DNA of 35,392 nucleotides from positions 1 through 35,392 of the forward strand of contig JADIIX010000186.1 in the NCBI GenBank assembly GCA_027604505.1. Direction: 5' to 3'. This DNA is from Gonapodya sp. JEL0774 (Eukaryota). Below the pieces are notes generated by a model, which did not search any database, was not told where the DNA came from, and saw only the letters and a program-made list of their open reading frames with translations. Positions 10,407-21,612 of this stretch are shown here, one piece after another; position 1 is the first letter of the stretch; every line of letters begins with the position of its first letter. Made by a program: the position numbers and the translations under genes.

Positions 10407-11804
10407 TCACCAATGCCCGATTCCATTCACCACCAGTGCACGTCTTTGTCCATCCCAACCCTGCAACGCTGAAGGCAAATATGCGCTGCGCATTATTACC
10501 GCAAGTTCCTTGGATGAGATTGGTTTTCCGGATACTGACAACTTGACGACAGGCTCAAACTCAAAGACACAGGATGAACGTGTGCGAGAAGGTCTTGGCC
10601 TCATCAAGAAATTGAGAAATGAGCCCACGCCTGACGGACAGAAGAAGGAACCTGGCTCGTGAACAAGTTGAATCACGTATGACTGAAGTCCTCGCATCAT
10701 ATCACTAAGTGTCTTTGCCAGCTTGGTGGACTTATGTTGGGTTGACACGGACGCTCCGTAGCCTCTTGAAGTGATGACTCTGATGTGGAGCTTTCGAACT
10801 TGCGTAAGGCGCTCCGAGACCTCGTTTGTGAGGGTACCTGGGTCAAACAGCGGATCCCATTTATCGCCAGTGAAGTGGAGAAGGGTAAGAACACCTAGTT
10901 CTTCCAGACTAGGAAAGAAAAACGGTGCTGACAATAGGTGAAGACGTTGTACGGGGTTCGCGCTCAACCATATGCTGTGAGTGCCGGTGATCAGAGTCTT
11001 AAGGCTCCTTTGCTGGGTTGGGCTTGTTTCCCAGATAATTTGCGGATCGGTTGAGTCCGATCCGGAAATGGGGTAGAATGCTTCCCCATACACAGAGTTG
11101 ACAGCAGGAAACCGCCGGATCAGGCTTTCAACGTCATTCCTTGCCTGATGAATCGTAGGGTTGAATGTCACATAGCCTAGAACCAAGTTTGTAACGGTGT
11201 CTACCACATGGTAGGATGGCAGACCGGCAATGACTGACATCGCGTGATTGCTGCCGACTTCAAGTGTCTGAACCCGGGTCTGGCGAATCATTTGAAGTAC
11301 ACTTTGAATAGCGGACTCAGCTCTTTGACGAGCTCTGTCATTATCACAGAAGATGGAAATCGACACCTTTGGGAAGGCAAAGACCCATCGGGATGGATTC
11401 GCGTCGCCATGTTGACTGAGCTGCTTTTCTTTGGAGCCCAAGCTATTCAAAACAGCATGCCGGACAATGTCCCCGACATTCACCTCGGAATCCCAAATGC
11501 GCCTCACCCGCAATGTCAATCCGTCTTTCGGTGTTGATACCGCAGCCCATATCATTGCACCGGAGCTCGTTCGAACCTCGCGAAATCGGTCAAGCACCTC
11601 AACCCCTTCCTGGCGATTCATACATCGAAGATTGGTCACAAAGACCTCGCAAACGATTCCGACGGCGTCGCCTGAACACCCCGGGATCGCATCCAATGCT
11701 GCTGCGCGGAACAGACGAGAAACGCGGGGAACTGTGCCGTAAAAGGTGCGGGGAGGGAGAAAACGGAAGATGGCACGTAGTACCTCGAGCGGTACGGAAT
11801 CCAT
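10407..11804 (-). CDS. F-box protein with degenerate LRR-like body (465 aa, intronless)
   Basis: MDSVPLEVLRAIFRFLPPRTFYGTVPRVSRLFR is F-box-like. Later segments VQTLEV, RFPAVNSV, SLKTLI, FPSLEELG, VRKLHI are LRR-like. Paralog of 18787-20241. Confidence 0.85.
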   Translation of the reverse strand: MDSVPLEVLRAIFRFLPPRTFYGTVPRVSRLFRAAALDAIPGCSGDAVGIVCEVFVTNLRCMNRQEGVEVLDRFREVRTSSGAMIWAAVSTPKDGLTLRVRRIWDSEVNVGDIVRHAVLNSLGSKEKQLSQHGDANPSRWVFAFPKVSISIFCDNDRARQRAESAIQSVLQMIRQTRVQTLEVGSNHAMSVIAGLPSYHVVDTVTNLVLGYVTFNPTIHQARNDVESLIRRFPAVNSVYGEAFYPISGSDSTDPQIIWETSPTQQRSLKTLITGTHSIWLSANPVQRLHLLSAPFFFPSLEELGVLTLLHFTGDKWDPLFDPGTLTNEVSERLTQVRKLHIRVITSRGYGASVSTQHKSTKLAKTLSDMMRGLQSYVIQLVHEPGSFFCPSGVGSFLNFLMRPRPSRTRSSCVFEFEPVVKLSVSGKPISSKELAVIMRSAYLPSALQGWDGQRRALVVNGIGHW

Positions 11805-13051
11805 TGAGCGTCCCAGTGATGACAGCAAGGGGTCGGTACTGTGATCAAATGTTCCTCCACATTTGCACGTGGTTTTGCGAGAAGAGAGTTCGAGCAGCCA
11901 AACAGCCAAACAACATTCATAATATTAGGAAATTGTTGCTGGAAACTCCAAACAGAGAACCTGTACTGAAACCAGACCGGAACGCAAAAATAACCACACA
12001 GCGAGTGATAAAACCCACTTGTCCATGGTTCATCTGTCGATCCGTCAACCACCATCTCGACCTCACACCTCAGTCCTCAGCTTCCCCGCCCCCTTCCCAC
12101 TCCCCCTGCAGCTCCAACCACCCCAGTCTGCATCTCGACCCTCCCACTCCCTGTTCCCGTTGCCGGACCTCCAGCAAACCTCTGTCTCCATCATGTCCAC
12201 AAACAGCGCCATGGACCCCGTTCGTCTCGACACCTCTCAAAGATCACCTTCCCTGCGGCCGTGATGGTCAACTTGTATACGATGAACGCTGCAGCAGTCA
12301 CCGACTTCACAGTGGGACTGGTCTCGTGAGGGAGGGCGTACATGGCAGACCGGCGACCTTCACCTAGGAATTATAGCAGAAGTGAACTACGGAAGACCGA
12401 GCTGGGCTGAGTAAGGGGGTGGGGTGGTCACTGGTGTTGCTGACACAGGCGTATATGAGAAACACGAAAGATGTACATACTCGTGTTGGTGTTACAGCCC
12501 TGGATGGGGAGCGGGAGAGAAAACATTGCGTTACGAATATCACACCACCACTGAGATATGCGGATGGTCCGCATTGAAATCTTCCCCAACAAAGGGCAAC
12601 AATAGGATATTTCCAGGGTCCAAGTTAAAATTTGTATATTGGGGAGGAGGGCTACGTGAACTCACCTGATAGTATTATCCGGGTAGATATGAATTGCGAA
12701 AGAACATGTGCTGAGTCAATCAGGAGACGTGCGAAATCGGAGTTGCGACAAATGTGGCGGCTCCGGAAGCAATTTTTGATTCCGCCCCACGGGAAGCGGA
12801 TGTTTTGCGAAAGCGAACAGCGAATAGACAAATAGACAGACTATGCGATCGAGTACAGTAGCAAATTGCCATGCGCTCATGGCAGACGAATATGAATACA
12901 TGCATTACTCATGATCCCCACCCTGGGCTCCCCTATTATAATATATGGCGTGTCCGACGGATGGTGCGATAATTTTGTTGGGGAAACGGTCTTCATCCCA
13001 ACAGCATATTTCAAGCTTACAAAATCCTATAGCTTCGTCTTCGTCGCAAAC

Positions 13052-14260
13052 ATGCCTGTTGCTGTCCCAGTCTCCTCATATGATTACGTCCCCGAGACGA
13101 AAGAGAAACTAGAGTGGGCGGATCTGCCAACTGTCGACCTCTCCAAAATCGGCACGCCGGAAGGGAAGCAACAACAGGCTCAGGTGCTAATCGAAGCCGT
13201 CCGCACCAAGGGTTTTTTTTACGTGACGGGCTATGCAATCTCTCAAGCCCGCATTGATGCGCAGTTCGCCATTGGCCAAAAGTTCTATGAGCTCCCCCTC
13301 GATGAGAAGCTGAAGCTCGAGCCCAACCTTGAGTCAGGGGACTATAACGGGTACAGGCCGGCTGGTCGGCGGATGTGAGTATAATTCTTCTGCCGGAAGA
13401 AACGATTTTGTATTGATTCTTTATTTTCTCAGCATTGACGAAAAGACCGGACTAACGGACCGAACCGAGGTTTTCAACCTTCCGAGTAAGTGGACGCATA
13501 ATCAGCATTCATCTTGGAGCCCGCTCGCTAACTTAGGGATGGGTTCGCAGAGTTCCTCCCTCACTTTGCCGCCAAGCACGCCAACTACCCGCCCATTATT
13601 GCCGACAACATTGTAGAGATCGAGCAGTTCGCCCGTGACCTTCACACTTACGTCCTCGATCCCCTCTTTGACCTGACTTCGATCGCACTTGGCCTGCCCG
13701 AACACTACCTGCGCGATCTCCACAAGTACGAGAACCTCAGCGAAGATCACTTACGGTACATGAAATATTCCAAGTATAGCGAGGAAGAGACGGCGGCGTT
13801 GGGATACCTGTGGGGCAAGGGACACACCGACCTTGGCTCGTACACACTGCTCGCTCGGCAGCCGGTGGCAGCGCTCCAGATCCGGGATCACACGACCGGC
13901 CAGTGGGCCTGGGTCAAGCCTCAAAACAACACGTTCACTGTCAACGCTTGCGACGCGCTGAGCTTTTTGACCGGCGGCTACATCAAATCCACGATTCACC
14001 GAGTTGCCGCACCCCCCGCTGATCAGCGCCACGTCGATCGCCTCGGTTTGCTCTACTTCGCACGCCCGAGGAACGACCTCGTGCTGAGCACAATCGATGC
14101 TCCTGTTCTGAAGGGCAGGCAGAACGAGTTCGAGAAGCAGGGTCTGAAGGTACCCACCATGGAAGAGTTTGTCGTGGCGAAGCAGAAATGGCAGCAAAGC
14201 CGTGGGTCAAAGAGGAATGATACGATTCTGCCGGGATTTCAAGGCTTGATTTTTGACTGA
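13052..14260 (+). CDS. 2-oxoglutarate/Fe(II)-dependent dioxygenase, IPNS/DIOX_N family (361 aa); exons 13052-13374, 13433-13485, 13551-14260
   Basis: LPTVDLS...AVRTKGFFYVTGY...FYELPLDEK (DIOX_N-type), Fe ligands H-T-D (KGHTDLG) and H (STIHRV), and RLGLLYF. Introns of 58 and 65 nt, the second with a GCTAAC branch site; total 1086 nt in frame. Confidence 0.95.
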
Positions 14261-15235
14261 TTGAAATCATAGCTTTACGTCACCCTGATTTGTTTGAAAT
14301 GAGGAAACATGATTGACAACTACTTGTGCACAACTATATGGCATAAATTTGAGAATTGCACTTGGCACAAATTTTTGCACATCTATACCGCCGCCTGCAG
14401 TCAACCCCTTCTCCTGCGATTGGAATGTCGTCAGAGGTGATGGGTACTGCGGGTGAATAAACACGGGCTGTGACCCGAGGCGGCACTGCTGCTTCAAGGC
14501 TCCCGCTCAACTGGAGCAATACCTGAAGGACACTCATGTTCCCTGAGTTATCGCACTTCAATAAACGTAAGAAGCCCGTCTGCATTCACCACTCGCGGCG
14601 CTTCTCACCGACGCTTTTGCTTCAGTGTTGATTTTGCGGTAGCTAGTAGAACCATCGATGTGCGCCATGGGGAGTTTCAATGTGTCTTTCATGGTATCAT
14701 AAATCATTGCTTCGATCTCCACACGTTTCCCCCCTAACCTCTGCCAGCAATTGTGCTGGGCCTTAATCGGCGCTTGTAGTCAATTCCGAAAAGACCGTAG
14801 CCGGTGTTTCAAAGAGGGGTATCATAAAAGAGCGAGAATTGATAATTGTGAACGGCAAAAAAAGTAAATCATTCCGTGAAAGTGCCTTTCTCGCACATGG
14901 AGAACGTTGGACCACTCGCCCCAGAAACATCGCAATAACACAGTTTAACCCTTCGTATGAGTGACGCGGTGACACCACTAAGCTCGCTGGAGTCAATCTT
15001 GTTTGGATTGACGATTTCACCGTAAGGACGCTTCGAAACTCATAATTGTAACATTCACCTTCCCTCGGCTCTTCCATTCGTCAACATCAAAATCCTGTTC
15101 TCGACGCCTGCCACCGCTAAATTTCACGGGTCCCGACGCTACAAATAACCCGAAATGCACCGCTGCGCTCAGTCAAGCGTGCGTGGCCAATAGTTTTGGC
15201 AATACTGGATGCGACTCACTCGCCACCTTTCCGTC

Positions 15236-15349
15236 CCCCCAACCCAAGGTCCTCACGCCCCCACCGTGCAGCTCACCTAAAACACTCATCGCAATGGCCC
15301 ACACCTCCCAATTTCCGTGCCCTCCCTGCGCCCGCCCTGCTTCAACGCC
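15236..15349. repeat. Dispersed repeat, copy A
   Basis: Ungapped 114-bp match to 16834-16947 (16 mismatches by hand count); weaker match to ~23778-23860. Confidence 0.9.
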
Positions 15350-16462
15350 CCACGCACCGTGCCCCTCACCTCACTACTCCCCGACACTTTGAGCGCACCT
15401 GACGGTTCTCGGCTGCTGATATGGGATCGTCTACCACTGATTGTAACAATGACGGCGAGTTCTTTTGCGGTGGTCCAAACTCCCTTGTGTTCCACCACTC
15501 GGGTCTCGATGGGACTGACGCACCTTGCACGGACTCCCCACTATCATCCGGTCAGCTCCTTCGCTCTGGGCCGAAAGAAGATATTTAACACAAATGACTC
15601 CCGTCCCCGGCCCCACCTCCTTGCGGCGGGTTCCCACTGCGGATCGATAGCTATAGCGCCAACTGCCAGCAATCTGGCGACTAACACCTTCACAAACTCA
15701 CCTTAGTCCCTGTTTCGCATCTCTTATGTCTCTCCAATTATTATTTCGCAACCCGTTTTCCGCTCTCCTCCGTTCTTGTAGCAAAATGTGTGCGGTGGCA
15801 GAAGACGAATGGTAGCCGGTACGAGGAGTTTGAGAGGGGGTCCCCACAAGCGCCATGGAGAGAGGAACTCGCAGAACGGCAGAAGACCTGAGAGAAGGGA
15901 CACGTGTCTGTCATTCGAGCGACGGGGATGAGGAGGTGGGGTATCGGAGATTGGAGGAAGTGACTAGTCGAGAGGATTGAAGCAAAATAGAAGGAATCGT
16001 GCATCTACCCACAGTACCATGCTACCAGTCATCCCTTCGGCGCTACCCAGACGATTGACCGTCCCTCAACAAACTTTTGGGTCTTACACACTTCCAGTGG
16101 CGATATTCTCGTGACATGGTGTCGAAACGATAATTGGGTTTCAGAGGCCCTCCGTAACGAAGAGTTCCTTGCTCAATTTGACGATTTGTGCAGCTGGCAT
16201 GATACAGGAGAAAGAGTGTGAGATTAAATCGGGAGACAGCGTGGTCGGGAGTACGTCAACGAAAATACCCACGCTGTGCACTTTTTGGGTCCTTTGCATA
16301 CCGCCCTTGATGTGGGAGCGTACTCCACTATTGGTTCATCGTCGTGGCGAGCCATCAGTCCTTCGGGAGACGCGAATCGTTGTCATCAACCTTTCCTGTG
16401 TGCGTGACTTGTGAGGGGGCAGTTGAAGAAGGCCACAGGAAGTAGACCACAAATTGTGTTGT

Positions 16463-16947
16463 GTACGTAATAAAGATGTGTCAACTACCCCTGCTCTCGG
16501 GGTCGGTGCCACTCCGCGTCCGTTTCCTGTTTCGTTCCAGTCAGCCCCGCCTCGCACACGCTCTCTCCCCCGACGGGCCAACATGGTAGAAGTCATCGAA
16601 ATGCGTCATCTCTGGGGAATATCTGCCATACGGTGCCCCGGCCTCCCCAACTCTGGCACCCCCCGCGTGCCCCACACCCCCCGCCTGGCCCAACACCCCC
16701 CACCCACCACAGAACCGCCCACACCACGACCCCCGCACGCCGCGCCGTCGCCGCCCCCCTCCCCTTCCCCCCCGATCGTCGGTCCCGCCTTCAGGCTCCC
16801 TTGCGGCCCCCGTCGAACCTCCCCCTTGTCCTGCCCCCAACCCGAGCTCCTCACTCCCCTACCGTGCAACTCACCTGAAGCACTCATCCCGATAGTCCAC
16901 ACCTCCGAATTTCCTCGCCCTCCCTACGCCCGCCCTGCTTGAACGCC
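16463..16947. repeat. Dispersed repeat, copy B (longer module)
   Basis: 16463-16570 resembles 23528-23625 (gtacgtaataaagatgtgtc...gggtcggtgccactcc...cacacgctctctcccc); 16834-16947 matches copy A. Confidence 0.8.
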
Positions 16948-17932
16948 GATTCACGGTGCCGCTCCCAGCCTGGGCGAGAGGACGTGATATCGTTGAGGAC
17001 TGCAGAGGACGCGGGAGCGGTGGCGAAAATGGGAAAGTTATAGAACGCGACCAAAAAAATGTGACAATGTCAAAAGTTGCGAAAGACAACTCGGTTCACA
17101 TGATACTGTTGAGGGTGCATAACGGTGGTGACATAGGAAGGGGAGAGTTGCTTGCACAAGTCCAATGCTCCGGAGGCCGAGGTATGAAATGCGTGAGAAG
17201 TTGGGCCAACGGTTTGTATCCGCCGCGGATTTGAGAGTGGGATTTTGGAAAGGATGCAGGGGGAGGACAGGGGTGGAAGAAGGGTATGCCGGAGGGGGGA
17301 TCGAGCAAGGAAAAGAAGCGAGGCTGGAAACTGGTGCGAGAGAGTAAGGTGAGTGGGAAAAGTAGCTTTGAGAACAAGGGACTTACCTTTTGTGACCGAC
17401 ATGATCCTCTATTTGTCTCTCTTTCGTGGGTTGCCAACTCACCTAAAATCCGGTACCTCGGACAAGTTGCGTTTGTGTACCGCAAATGCAACACCGGTCG
17501 GGAATACAACACGGTCCTCCCTTTTCCCCGATCCTTCACCTGCATCTTGGCTTGCGGACACGATCCAAATTCAACTGTCACGTTCCCTCGAGTAAACGTC
17601 CCAGCTGACATGCGTACCCGCCTCACCTTTCACTCTTCACCAAACCGCGTGGAGCCCCGCCTTCACCACCTCGATATGGTAGCCACCCAACCAAGAGTGC
17701 CGACGTGACGTTCAGTCGAGATGAAAGTTGGTCAAGGGCACGCATGGGTGAGAGGACGGGAACTGGACTGAGAGACATATCGTGAATCACAGGTGTAAGG
17801 CAGTACTAACTCACGTTCGATTCGGCTATTCGGTAGGATCACTTGAACCAGACACCACCCTGAAAAGAGGAGAAGAAGGCAGAGCGTGAGCGTCAGGTAA
17901 CAGAAAAAGACACGCCAATGTCATTATAGGAC

Positions 17933-18580
17933 TTACAGATGGGTGTCATCGAGTTTGTGGCTATGTTCGGGTCGGGGGACCTTGAAGATGCCTGACGGTA
18001 TGGTGAGGATGAGTTGGAGACCAAAAGCGTAAGGCAGGGTATGGACAAACAGGTCAACTATAAAGGGAAACATACAAAAGCCGGTGGAGGACGACAAATA
18101 CAATGGCAAGCAACTCGAACTCACTGGTCCCCACCCATCTGCAAACTCCAAGTTTACAAAAACAGCATCAACCACTGCGATATTGAACTCGTCCGTTTCC
18201 TGAGCTTCAAAGTCTGCAAACACATACATGAGGCGACGGACAGTGTGGGGCAGCTGCGGTTGCTCACGAGGTGGTGGATTTGACACGAGAGAGGTGAGTT
18301 GGTGCGAAGGTTACCAACCTCACGTTTCAAGCCTGCATTTTTTGTGGAGAGGGTGTGGTTCTCTGTGGAGAGGGTGTGGACTTCCGTCTGGAGGTGCTGG
18401 TTGGCTGCTTCTAGGGCTATAATCCTCGCCTGATAGTCCATGTTTCGCCGATCCACTTCCTCCACTTTGGTCTCTGCTGCAGCTGTACTCACTGACAGCT
18501 CCTCATTCCGTACCTTCAGTCAATCCAGTTTGCCATGGAGCTCCCGATTAGCCAGATCCTTGTCGGCCAGCAGGGACAGG
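17933..18580 (-). pseudogene. 5'-truncated coiled-coil + SH3 pseudogene, paralog of 21613-23372
   Basis: LLADKDLANRELHGKLD*LKVRNEELSVSTAAAETK...QARIIALEA has an in-frame TGA at 18522-18520. After a frameshift near 18290 it reads TVRRLMYVFADFEAQETDEFNIAVVDAVFVNLEFADGWGP followed by a GTGAGT donor. The ankyrin-like 5' part is absent and the 3' boundary is approximate. Confidence 0.85.
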
Positions 18581-18786
18581 TCGATCGTCCTATTTTCCAT
18601 GGACTTTTATTAATTAGAGGTGAAAATATCGATTTCCCCGTGCTGTCAAGTTGTTCCAGCCCTCCCATGGGATGTTGGCCTTTGCAGAAAGTCGACATAG
18701 TTTCCCAACCTTTCGTCACCCTGTCGGGTCCGGGCACTGTGGTCAACAAATCGTATTCACATCACGAACTCTCGCCAACGTTGGTA

Positions 18787-20241
18787 ATGGAAACACTCCC
18801 CGTTGAAATCCTGCATAAGATATTGCGACTCCTTCCCCCGCGGGTGTTCTACACCGTGATCCCGACCCTCTCCCACTGTCTTCGGGATGCTTCACGGCAC
18901 GCAATCCCCGGCTGTCCCCACCACCAGCTTGCCATCACATGCACACTGAAAGTGGATCCGGAAAGCAGTTCTCTTGTGGAGCGATCGGATTCTTACCCGT
19001 TTACTCCCATGTTTGAAGCATCTCGGACAGCCGGGAGAGACGGGAAGGCCGTATGGACATCCACCAGAATCGACGTTTACCTGGTACTCGACGACATCTT
19101 AAATTATTGGGCCGGGAACATCTTCGAGGAGCTTTCTCGCGATAGAAGACAAGTCGTTCGTAGATTATCCTACAAAGCACACCGTCTTATTGAGTACGGT
19201 GTGGACATTCAGTTTTTGTTCCAGCACGTGAACTTGTCCATGTGGTACTCCCCTGAAAAACGCTTCGTATGGGATGGTCCCAGGGTCACAAAATTAATGG
19301 GAGAGCTGACGGCCTTCGTGAAGGAGCACAAGGTTCACGCGATGACCTTTAGACGGGTATCAACCTGCATCGCTATTGAAAAATGGTGTTCTGGGATTGT
19401 TTTGGGGAGCGTGACACATCTTCAAACTGTCAATATTCGGTTGGAGGAAATGGGTGCATCTGTACCAGGGAGGTCAAACCTTGCCTCAGCCCTGCAAATC
19501 CTCCTCGCAATATTCCCAAATGTTTCCACGCTGGCCATTGAGATTGGAGCATTTGGCGCCAACTCGGTAGATCAGCTCATTCAACACATTCCAGCAGCGC
19601 ATAGAAGGAAGATAACATCTCTCGAGGACAAGAGAGGTATACTATTGGATTTAGATGAAAGTGGCAAAAGCGCGAATATTCTCCATCTTGCTCGCGTTTT
19701 CCCTCGCCTTCAGCAGATATCGTCTGTGAAGCTCAGCGATAGACTCTGCATCTCAGCCTCACCTGATCCAACAACTTCAGTATCGCAAGAAGCAATACAG
19801 TTCAATTACCTTGAATCTGTCACTCTTCATGTTGGAACTACTCCATCATCGAATCTTGTGAAGCTTGGTCTGGAATCCTTCAATGCTTCTGTTTTGTTGG
19901 ATGGAGTCCTCAACCATGCGCCTTTGCTGAAGGAAGTCAATCTTAATTTCGACATTGTTGGCTTTGAGACCGACCAACCGGACGAGGCAAATGCGCCCAT
20001 GCTCGCTGTCCTTGACCGCATTCTTGCCACTGCGGCAACTCGACCATCGTTCGTCATTCGGGAAGTCATCGAGAACATCCCACCTGTCCCACCTCGCTAT
20101 TACACCCATACACATGTCTTTGGGACCAGGCGCGACGCCTTGCAGAAGTGTAGATTGAGAACGACACGGATGTTTTTGAAGGATCTGGAAAAGCTTGCGA
20201 AGGAGAGGGCTGTGAAGCTGCGCTGGTATAGGAGCACATGA
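18787..20241 (+). CDS. F-box protein with degenerate LRR-like body (484 aa, intronless)
   Basis: METLPVEILHKILRLLPPRVFYTVIPTLSHCLRDASRHAIPGC aligns with the 11804 gene. LRR-like FPNVSTLAI, ITSLE, FPRLQQI, LESVTL, APLLKEVNL. Confidence 0.85.
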   Translation: METLPVEILHKILRLLPPRVFYTVIPTLSHCLRDASRHAIPGCPHHQLAITCTLKVDPESSSLVERSDSYPFTPMFEASRTAGRDGKAVWTSTRIDVYLVLDDILNYWAGNIFEELSRDRRQVVRRLSYKAHRLIEYGVDIQFLFQHVNLSMWYSPEKRFVWDGPRVTKLMGELTAFVKEHKVHAMTFRRVSTCIAIEKWCSGIVLGSVTHLQTVNIRLEEMGASVPGRSNLASALQILLAIFPNVSTLAIEIGAFGANSVDQLIQHIPAAHRRKITSLEDKRGILLDLDESGKSANILHLARVFPRLQQISSVKLSDRLCISASPDPTTSVSQEAIQFNYLESVTLHVGTTPSSNLVKLGLESFNASVLLDGVLNHAPLLKEVNLNFDIVGFETDQPDEANAPMLAVLDRILATAATRPSFVIREVIENIPPVPPRYYTHTHVFGTRRDALQKCRLRTTRMFLKDLEKLAKERAVKLRWYRST

Positions 20242-21612
20242 AATTCAAGAAACATTTACTTTTTGGAGTGTATTATGTAAGCACGCCAATTTGGTTCAGG
20301 ACCGCTGACATCTGGACTTGCAGGCGCTTTTGGTTGAGGCCACATCATTATCCATGAGCTAGTAACTTGGGGTCCGGATATTCGTTTCAATACTTTTACA
20401 CTGCTGTTGAGCTATCCTTGCACTCGACTATTGCTTATCTGCGACGTGGTCGAATGAGTGGTTTTGATTCTTGATAGTCTATACTACTTCGTGACAGTTC
20501 TATAAAACGGCTATAAGTCTACGTACTCAAAGAAAGCACTTCATTTATTGTGGGAACAAATCATCGGCGCCTTGTTCAATGTTGAGCTGCTGGGATCGAG
20601 GCAATATGTTTCCTGTCATCACCATCACATAATCCCATACATTACCAACAAAAGTTCCGTCTGCATTCCCTGTCGCTCTTGCTTCCTCCTTCCATCCTCC
20701 CCGTACTCCCACCTGACACGCACAAACCGCGTGCCATATATCGCACTGACAAACGACAGCAAAATTTTCGCACATAGTGCATTCGAGGTTTTCATTTGAT
20801 GTGCTAAGATGATTGTGATGGGAATGACGTGGATCCTGTCCTTCATTAAGCGTGGTTGGCATCGTTGATCAGGTGGAATGACAAAGCTGGCGGTGACGAG
20901 CCGGAAGCTGAGAGTACAGAGGTCGAAGAACGATCGACAGCAAAACTTTGAATTTGTCAATCTCTTGCCGGCAATTGAATCATGCCTCGCATCCGTGTCT
21001 TCCAGTCACCTTGGATCTTCGCCATGACCTTCTACATTTTTCGTCACCCACTCACCACTACGTCCCATCCATCCCTCCGACAATCGACAGCGCAGTTTTC
21101 CACACGTTTCGCTCCATATTTTCATTCGATGCTTTGGTATGTGGAACGGTGAGGTTATTGTAATTGGTGGTGTGGAACGCACAAGCTTTGTGCAATGGGA
21201 TAACGAGTGTAGGGGGAGAGACTGGGAACAAACGAGAGAGCGACGGAAGTCAGAAATAGGCGGGAGTGTACCGAGAAGGTTGAGCACGATGGCGCGGGTT
21301 GAATGCGGGATTGGGGAGGGAATTCTAATTGTTAACACCGAACGCACTTGTCGAAACAATAATACTACTGCCCACGACGTTTTCTTCGTCCGCTAAAGGT
21401 AAGAAAATCGCAGATCGAACTTATGAAACTTTGGGCATTTCAATGTGATACATTTACGGCAAATCCTACAAAACAGCTGCTCTTGAACTCCACTTGGAGA
21501 TATTGCTGCGCTGCTGACAACACAAGCAAACAGAAACAAAGAACGGATGAAATTACCCCTCCTGTCAACCCTGCCATTTTCCTGACTCTCCCCTCTCCCA
21601 GTGTCGCACCGC

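Noticed and set aside
11805..11909. Extension of the first F-box gene
   Set aside because: Non-ATG start; homology begins at MDSVP (11804).
12930..12950. TATA-like TATAATATAT upstream of the dioxygenase
   Set aside because: Plausible position, but unsupported without transcription start data.
18535..18786. 84-aa extension of the second F-box gene from ATG 18535
   Set aside because: It overlaps the antisense SH3-family pseudogene, and paralog alignment begins at METLP (18787). The upstream ATG cannot be fully excluded.
20545..21359. Cys-rich CTMC...CQC...HAVC segment and a faint F-box-like LPPISDFRRSLVC on the minus strand
   Set aside because: Too short and weak to distinguish from chance without a search.
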